Below, one piece after another: positions 1 to 5,458 of a stretch of 12,222 bases of DNA (its first letter is position 1; every line of letters starts with the position of its first letter). The stretch comes from Gemmatimonadota bacterium. GTDB lineage: Bacteria > Gemmatimonadota > Gemmatimonadetes > Palauibacterales > KS3-K002. A model generated the notes under the pieces. It was given only the letters and a program-made list of their open reading frames with translations. It was not told where the DNA came from and did no database searches. Location: the NCBI GenBank assembly GCA_039586795.1, contig JBDHJS010000074.1:1-12222 (forward strand). Direction: 5' to 3'. The position numbers and the translations under genes were made by a program.

Positions 1-146
1 CGGGAGAGATCTTCAGGCCGCAGCGGCTGGGGCGGATCGGGCGCCGTGATCACGGCGCCGACCACGGCGGCGGCGAAGACGGCCAGCACCGTCAAAGCCA
101 GGGTCACGGCAACCCGAGGACCGAACCGTTTGGGCCAAAGTTTCAT
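1..146 (-). CDS. 5' part of a secreted or membrane-anchored protein, running off the window edge; function unknown
   Basis: Not in the ORF track; translated by hand from ATG at 146 (alternative in-frame ATG at 152): MKLWPKRFGPRVAVTLALTVLAVFAAAVVGAVITAPDPPQPLRPEDLS. It has a basic N-terminus, a ~22-residue hydrophobic stretch and a Pro-rich linker, with no stop before the edge. A TTGACA promoter candidate lies just upstream. Confidence 0.75.
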   Translation of the reverse strand, partial: MKLWPKRFGPRVAVTLALTVLAVFAAAVVGAVITAPDPPQPLRPEDLS

Positions 147-184
147 TATCATCTCGGCTTTCCCAAGGATTTAGGACAGACGAG

Positions 185-213
185 ATGTTTGGCGCGGGAC
201 GCTAGCGTGTCAA
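185..213 (-). promoter_or_regulatory. Putative sigma-70 promoter for the edge gene
   Basis: Minus strand reads TTGACA (213-208), a 17-nt spacer, then AAACAT (190-185). The -35 is perfect with canonical spacing; the -10 is weak but keeps A2 and T6. It lies about 35-40 nt upstream of the ATG. Confidence 0.5.
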
Positions 214-285
214 GTCAGGTTGAGTATTCGTCCTGCGCTGTGTGGCTGGGGCGCGGGACTGGAAACTGCTGGCCGCGCTCCTTTT

Positions 286-2688
286 CTATTCCGATTGCAA
301 CACCACCACCGGATCGACCCGCAGCGCCCGCCAGGCCGGGATCAGACACGCCGCCAAACCGACCAGCGAGAAGACAGCGCTCACCAGCACGAAAGTTGTT
401 GGGTCGGTGGGCGCGGTGTTGAACAGCATCCTTTCCAGCAGCCGGGTCAGTCCCAAAGCCGCCACGAGTCCGATAGCGATTCCCAGGCCAACGAGGGCGA
501 CGCCACGCTTGATGACCAGCTCGACGATGGCGCTTCTGCCGGCGCCCAGAGCCACGCGTACTCCGATCTCGTGGTGGCGACGGGTGACGTAGAACGCCAG
601 GACGCCGTAGAGACCGATGGTCGCCAGGAGGACGGCGACGCCGGCGAAGCCGGCGAGCAATACAGCCATCACGCGGTATCCGTTCACCGAGCCCGCCAAC
701 ACCTCGTCCATGGTGACGATCCGCGCGACCGCGATGTCGCGATCGAGGCTCCACACCGCCTCGCGCAATGCACCCGCGATCGCGGTGGGCTCTCCGGCCG
801 TGCGCACGGCGATGCGCATCGAGCTATACGGCAACTGATAGTAAGAGGCGTAGACGACCTCGGTAGGCTGCTCGGCCAGGGAGAACAGATGCACGTCTTC
901 GACGACCCCGACCACCTCGAACTCCGTCGGACCATCAAAGTCCACAGAGATGCGCCGGCCGAGCGGGCTCTCCTCCGGGAATACTCGACCGGCGAGGGAC
1001 CGGCTGATGACGGCGACGAGCGACTCACCCACGTCGGTCGCTTCGATCCCACGACCGGCCAGCAGCGGGATCCCCATCGTCTGATGGAACCCTTCCATGA
1101 CGACGCGGAAGGGCGCCCCCCTGACGTCGGCCGGGTCCAGCGGCGGATTGTCTGCCGCGTAAGTGATGAGCCAGTTGCCGGGATCGCGGATCGGCAGTCG
1201 ATCGGCGAGGGCCACGCCCTCTACTCCGGGCATCGCCTGGAGCCGCTCCCGCAATTCAGAGTAGAATTGGATCCGCCTTTCGAGCTCCGAGTAGTCAGCA
1301 CCGGACAGCCGCATCTCGGCGGTGAGCAGGTTGGATGAATCGAAACCGGGATTGACGCCGGTGACGAGCGCGAAGCTGCGAATCAAAAGACCGGCGCCGA
1401 TGAGCAGCATGATCGTGATCGCTACCTGCGCGACGACGAGGCCGCCGCGGAACTTCGTGCCGCCGGCGTCGGTGGTCCGGGCGCTGGACTTGAGATCATC
1501 CACGACGTCGAGTCGCGCGAGGCGTAGGGCGGGTAGAACGCCGAACAGCAGCCCCGTCGCTAGGGAGATCGCCAGCGCGAAGCCCATCGCCGTACCCGAT
1601 ATGTCCGCGTTGAGCGCGTTGGGGAGCCCCAGTGAGACGGGCTGGACGAGCAGGTCCCGCAACCAACCGGCGGATAACGTGCCTGCGACTCCGGCGACCG
1701 CGGCCAGCAGCAGACTCTCAGTCAGCAGCTGACGAATCAGCCGCGGGCTCGAGGCGCCCAACGCCGCGCGCAGCGACAGCTCGGCACGTCGCGTCGAGCC
1801 GCGGGCGAGCAGCAGCCCGGCGACGTTGCCGCAGGCGATGAGCAGCACGAGAGCGACGGCGCCCATCAACAACAGCAGGCTGCTCCGGTACTTCTCGACC
1901 ATCGCCTCCCGCAGGCCGGTGATCAGCAGTGCCTTCCCCGTGTTCGATTCGGGATACTGGGCCTCGAGCTGGGCCGAGATGACGTCGACGTCGGCCTGCG
2001 CGCTTTCGATGGTCACGCCCGGCGCGAGCCGGCCGACGATCAGCCAGTTATGCCACCTCCGATACACGGTGAGTGGGGAATCGGGGCGCATAGGACGCCA
2101 GAGCTCCGCGTCGACACCGATGCGGAAACCGGCCGGCATGACGCCGACGATCGTGTACGGAGTACCGTCGACCGTCAGAGTCCTGCCGATGGCATCTGGG
2201 GCGCCGCCGAACCGTCGTTGCCAATAGCCGTGGCTAATGATGACGACGTCCGGCGCGCCCTCCAGTGCTTCATCCGCCGCGAAGTGACGGCCGATCTGCG
2301 GGTTGACGCCCAGGGTGGGGAACAGGCCCACCGTCACCAGGAGGCCGGGGATCCGTTCCGGCTCGTCGATGCCGGTGATCGTATAGCTGCTCGTGTACCC
2401 GACGTACGCTTCCAGAGACTCGAACGACGTGCTCAGGTCGCGGTAGTCCCAATAGTCCTGCGCCGAGGACAGGGGGTTGAGTTCGCCGTTGACGGTCTTC
2501 CGCCCCATCACCAGTTGCTCGGGCTCGGGGAACGTCACGGGGTTCAGCATCGCCGAATCGATGATGCTGAACATCGCCACGTTGGCGCCGATCCCGACGG
2601 CGAGTATGACAACAACCACGACGCTGAAGCCGCGCGTCTTGATGAGCGAACGCGCGCCGAAACGGATGTCCTGCCACAGTCCCTTCAT
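286..2688 (-). CDS. ABC transporter permease, duplicated MacB-periplasmic/FtsX architecture (ADOP, acidobacterial duplicated orphan permease type), 800 aa
   Basis: Family signatures: N-terminal WQDIRFGARSL...LAVGIGANVAMFS, LVLLIACGNVAGLLLARG..R..E...RAALGA, LVVAQVA, GLYGVLAFYVTRRHHEIGVRVALGA and C-terminal PAWRALRVDPV. Start moved from GTG 2712 to ATG 2688, which has a GGAGG Shine-Dalgarno just upstream. Confidence 0.95.
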   Translation of the reverse strand: MKGLWQDIRFGARSLIKTRGFSVVVVVILAVGIGANVAMFSIIDSAMLNPVTFPEPEQLVMGRKTVNGELNPLSSAQDYWDYRDLSTSFESLEAYVGYTSSYTITGIDEPERIPGLLVTVGLFPTLGVNPQIGRHFAADEALEGAPDVVIISHGYWQRRFGGAPDAIGRTLTVDGTPYTIVGVMPAGFRIGVDAELWRPMRPDSPLTVYRRWHNWLIVGRLAPGVTIESAQADVDVISAQLEAQYPESNTGKALLITGLREAMVEKYRSSLLLLMGAVALVLLIACGNVAGLLLARGSTRRAELSLRAALGASSPRLIRQLLTESLLLAAVAGVAGTLSAGWLRDLLVQPVSLGLPNALNADISGTAMGFALAISLATGLLFGVLPALRLARLDVVDDLKSSARTTDAGGTKFRGGLVVAQVAITIMLLIGAGLLIRSFALVTGVNPGFDSSNLLTAEMRLSGADYSELERRIQFYSELRERLQAMPGVEGVALADRLPIRDPGNWLITYAADNPPLDPADVRGAPFRVVMEGFHQTMGIPLLAGRGIEATDVGESLVAVISRSLAGRVFPEESPLGRRISVDFDGPTEFEVVGVVEDVHLFSLAEQPTEVVYASYYQLPYSSMRIAVRTAGEPTAIAGALREAVWSLDRDIAVARIVTMDEVLAGSVNGYRVMAVLLAGFAGVAVLLATIGLYGVLAFYVTRRHHEIGVRVALGAGRSAIVELVIKRGVALVGLGIAIGLVAALGLTRLLERMLFNTAPTDPTTFVLVSAVFSLVGLAACLIPAWRALRVDPVVVLQSE

Positions 2689-2740
2689 CCCGGCCTCCGG
2701 TGAAGTTTTCACGTCGCCTGCGGCGACTCCATCCTCTAGG

Positions 2741-2754
2741 GCAAAGGGCGTGCC
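2741..2754 (-). promoter_or_regulatory. Sigma-54 (RpoN) -24/-12 promoter of the ADOP permease gene
   Basis: Minus strand reads gGGCACGCCCTTTGC, matching the core of the consensus TGGCACG-N4-TTGC with exact GG-N10-GC spacing. It is intergenic, correctly oriented and about 50 nt upstream of the ATG. Confidence 0.8.
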
Positions 2755-2850
2755 CGAGAGGCGGGCGGTCGCCGGTGCTGTAAGCGCATTGTTTGAAGCG
2801 AGATATGGGATCGACCAGCATCGGCTGTCGAGCGGGCCCCCGGCGCCGCA

Positions 2851-2887
2851 TGTCCAATTGCGGACGGGACGGTGCCGGAATCGAACA
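2851..2887. promoter_or_regulatory. Two imperfect dyad sites, candidate upstream activator sequences for a sigma-54 enhancer-binding protein
   Basis: TGTCCA-ATTG-CGGACG (2851-2866) and GTGCCG-GAAT-CGAACA (2872-2887) both fit TGTYCG-N4-CGRACA. They start 21 bp apart, about 120-160 bp upstream of the predicted transcription start. Confidence 0.6.
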
Positions 2888-2921
2888 CTGGTCCAGGGGA
2901 GTGAAGGCTTCGGACCGGTGT
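2885..2921 (-). terminator. Possible hairpin or weak terminator after the DUF6599-like gene
   Basis: Inverted repeat ACACTGGTCC (2885-2894) / GGACCGGTGT (2912-2921), a 9/10 match, 12 nt past the stop codon. The loop is 17 nt and the U-tract is poor. Confidence 0.3.
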
Positions 2922-2933
2922 GCTAAAGATCGT

Positions 2934-3785
2934 CTAGGGGCTCGTGAAGACTGCCAGGCGCTCCCGCAACTGGGCCTCGTCGTCGGCGCCCGACACCCCA
3001 AACACGCCTGAGTCCGTGCGCGTCACACCCACGAGGCCGCTGTACGGAACTTCCCGAAAGCGAATCGTCAGGCCATCGTGCTCGGTGGTTTCCCATCCTT
3101 CGGCGAGCGCTCCCCAAACGTTAGATGCCGCCTCCGGAAGCACGACGAACCCTTCCCAGGTCTCGCCTTCGGCTCCCTCATAGGCGGCGTAGACGCAGTC
3201 GATGAGCTCCGTCAAGCCGAGGTGCGAGCCCGGTTGATAGCCCTCGGAGCCGGCCACCTTGCCTTCAGATGGCAAGAGCGAGAACTCCTGGGGCATGGCG
3301 GCCTCTCCGGGAAGCGAGGCGGCCAGTCCCTGCAACAGCTGGCGGCCCTGAGTCTCGGTGAGCTCGCCTTCGTAGACGTTCACCTTCGCGTAGGTGCTTC
3401 CCTTTACCAGTAGCGCCTGGTACGGGGGCGAGATGGATGCGATAGTGGCGCCGGTGAGATTCGCGCGGCCCCCGCTACTCTCTCGCTTGAACACGCCCAC
3501 CGCGCCCAACGGGGATCCCATCTCGTACAGATCGACGGTCACCGACACGCCGGCCGACGACAGGTCCGCCGTCATGCACGTTCGGACGCCGTACTCCACG
3601 AAGAGCACGGCGGCGCCGTTGATGTACTCCCACAGGTTCTCGGCGGTGAAGACGCGTACCTCGCCGGTTAGTGTCCAGCCTTCGACTTCGGGAAAACCGG
3701 ATGACCCGCCGGCACAGGAGGTCGTGAGGATCGAAGCGGCGAGCACCGTAAGGCGAGCGAATCTGTGTGTTCGTTTGGGTCTCAC
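2934..3785 (-). CDS. Putative lipoprotein, DUF6599-like family
   Basis: GTG start with a GGAG Shine-Dalgarno, 14 nt after the upstream stop. It has a basic N-region, a hydrophobic core and the lipobox-like LTTS-C. The motif F..ENLWEYINGAA..F..YG...VDLYEMG....A.G.F is recalled as typical of DUF6599 proteins; this was not verified by a search. Confidence 0.8.
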   Translation of the reverse strand: MRPKRTHRFARLTVLAASILTTSCAGGSSGFPEVEGWTLTGEVRVFTAENLWEYINGAAVLFVEYGVRTCMTADLSSAGVSVTVDLYEMGSPLGAVGVFKRESSGGRANLTGATIASISPPYQALLVKGSTYAKVNVYEGELTETQGRQLLQGLAASLPGEAAMPQEFSLLPSEGKVAGSEGYQPGSHLGLTELIDCVYAAYEGAEGETWEGFVVLPEAASNVWGALAEGWETTEHDGLTIRFREVPYSGLVGVTRTDSGVFGVSGADDEAQLRERLAVFTSP

Positions 3786-3799
3786 GTCTATTTCTCCGA

Positions 3800-5212
3800 C
3801 TAGGTAAGGGTCAGAAGCTCATGAGCTTTCAGCATGTTGAGCTGGATGGCGAGGCCGTACCGACAGGCGCCGGCACAAAGTCCCGCGCAGTCCTTGCAGG
3901 GCGCCGCGCCCGGGCCGTCGAGGGCCGCGTAGCTGGACATGGCGTGCCGCTCCTGGCCCTGCGCCTCGAAGTAGTACGCGTAACGCATGATGTTGCTGAC
4001 CGGGACACCCGCCGGACAGCTCGCCATGCACTCCACACATCCATGACGACAGTACTGGTCGTTCAGCGCCGCGGCGGATTCCCGAAGCATGTCGTCCGCC
4101 GGCTCGTTCATCCCCGTACCGGAGAGCGCGACGATCTTGTCGATGAAATCGAAGTTCCAGACGGAGATGCACGCGGTGTGCATGTCCGGATTCTGAAGCA
4201 CCCACTGGATGCTGGCCAGTTGCAGCGCTTCCTCGTTCTCGATCCCGTAGCGCTCCGCGAACCGCTGGGTCCGCTCGACGAACTGGTTCTGCTTGTTCGA
4301 GTAGTCCTCGAGTTCCTGCAGCGCACTCTCGCGGGACATTCCGGCCCGCAACATGGCGTCAACGTATTGTTGGAAGATCTCGCTGAGGTTCTCGGGATCG
4401 AACGGCTCGGCCCGCAGCTTTCCGGGAGCGGTCTTCATCGCCGTCGTCCCGACATCGTTGGCTTTCGCCGACGCGATGATCCGGTCACCTTCGGAGCGGG
4501 TCAGGAAGTTATAAACGAGCAGCAAGACGTCGAACCGGCCGTCTTCCGCCGCCGCGCAGAGGACGTCGGCCATCCCGGTCTGATCGGTCGCCTCGGGGCC
4601 ATGGTACGTCGCCCCCGTGAACCGCACACGCCCCTCGGACTTCAACTGGTCCATGGCGGCATGGTACGCCGGGTGCTCCAGCGCCTTTAGCGTGCTGACG
4701 CTGCTCATCATGTAAGCGTCTATGTAATCGGTATCCAGTCGCTCCAGGCTGCCGCGCACTTTCCGGAGCACCGCTTCCTTGTCGTCCCGAGGTCTGATGG
4801 ACGCCTTCGTCGCGATGAAGATTCGTTCTCGGTCGATGTGCCGAAGGGCGTCTCGTATGGCGCGTTCCGAGGCACCATTCTCATAGCCCTCCGCCGTATC
4901 GATGTAGTTCATCCCCTTGTCGAAGGCATAGCGGACGACATTGGCCTCTCTGATGAAGCTCGCGCCGATGCTGACGTCGGAGACCCGGAAGCCGGTGCGC
5001 CCCAGAGTCCGGTAGCTACGAATTCGGCCGTCCTGGCTCGGTGGGACAGGGAAGAGGGACGAGGCGCTGGAAAGCTCCGTGGCGGCCTCGCGCTTCGGGA
5101 TGGGGACAAGACCCAACACGGCCCCTCCCGCCAGAGCGGCACCGCTTGCCTTGACGAAGTCCCTCCGTTTAAGCGGACTATGATCACGGCCTGTCCGAGT
5201 CGTTCTCTTCAT
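3800..5212 (-). CDS. Aldo/keto reductase-fold oxidoreductase with a twin-arginine (Tat) signal and a C-terminal 2x[4Fe-4S]-type cysteine domain
   Basis: KRRDFVK followed by a hydrophobic region. AKR motifs: YRTLGRTGFRVS, YIDTAEGY, IFIATK, SLERLDTDYID, LKSEGRVRFTG. C-terminal CRHGCVECMASCP and CKDCAGLCAGAC. GGGAG Shine-Dalgarno before ATG 5212. Confidence 0.93.
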   Translation of the reverse strand: MKRTTRTGRDHSPLKRRDFVKASGAALAGGAVLGLVPIPKREAATELSSASSLFPVPPSQDGRIRSYRTLGRTGFRVSDVSIGASFIREANVVRYAFDKGMNYIDTAEGYENGASERAIRDALRHIDRERIFIATKASIRPRDDKEAVLRKVRGSLERLDTDYIDAYMMSSVSTLKALEHPAYHAAMDQLKSEGRVRFTGATYHGPEATDQTGMADVLCAAAEDGRFDVLLLVYNFLTRSEGDRIIASAKANDVGTTAMKTAPGKLRAEPFDPENLSEIFQQYVDAMLRAGMSRESALQELEDYSNKQNQFVERTQRFAERYGIENEEALQLASIQWVLQNPDMHTACISVWNFDFIDKIVALSGTGMNEPADDMLRESAAALNDQYCRHGCVECMASCPAGVPVSNIMRYAYYFEAQGQERHAMSSYAALDGPGAAPCKDCAGLCAGACRYGLAIQLNMLKAHELLTLT

Positions 5213-5291
5213 GGCAGGGCTCCCAGGTAGGGTCGAGCTGTTTCTCCGAAACTGCAGGCATGAGAACTAAAGGAGAGTCTTTTTTGTCGGG

Positions 5292-5403
5292 ATCGGCGAT
5301 CACAGGTATCCCGTTGGAGGATGGCAGACCTGCTATTCCATGACACGGCTAAGACACCCCGGAGCTTGGGGACTCGACACAACCGCCGCTGCTAATCGCC
5401 GAT
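5292..5403 (-). ncRNA. Candidate structured 5' leader RNA, family not recognised
   Basis: Perfect 9-bp inverted repeat ATCGGCGAT (5292-5300) / ATCGCCGAT (5395-5403). On the minus strand it extends to 14 bp with one G-U pair and one bulge and encloses smaller stems. It begins right at the predicted transcription start of the promoter below. Confidence 0.4.
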
Positions 5404-5409
5404 AGTGAG

Positions 5410-5439
5410 ACTATGCTACTTTGTATTCGCTACTGTCAA
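5410..5439 (-). promoter_or_regulatory. Putative sigma-70 promoter for the reductase-lipoprotein operon
   Basis: Minus strand reads TTGACA (5439-5434), an 18-nt spacer, then CATAGT (5415-5410). It lies in an AT-rich patch just after the regulator stop codon. Confidence 0.6.
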
Positions 5440-5458
5440 TGTCAGTGAGTAGATCAGA

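Noticed and set aside
251..277. GCGCGG/CCGCGC inverted repeat after the permease stop as a terminator
   Set aside because: Only a 6-bp stem with a long loop and no U-tract on the minus strand.
220..1338. 372-aa plus-strand ORF, and the other ORFs overlapping the permease (1322-1732, 1826-2227, 2050-2703, 2270-3001, 2477-2926)
   Set aside because: Antisense or off-frame shadows of a well-supported gene in GC-rich DNA, with no recognisable motifs.
2781..2794. IHF site between the sigma-54 promoter and the dyads (TAAGCGCATTGTTT)
   Set aside because: It resembles YAA-N4-TTGATW but the spacing is off by one and there is a mismatch, so it is kept only as an AT-rich patch.
3767..4690. 307-aa plus-strand ORF
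   Set aside because: Antisense shadow of the reductase gene.
5290..5405. Assignment of the leader to a known riboswitch (Moco, fluoride or cobalamin)
   Set aside because: Only short fragments resemble these families (GCCGUG and CCUCC for Moco; AACCGC...GCTAAT and AGACCTGC on the wrong strand). Core conserved elements are missing.
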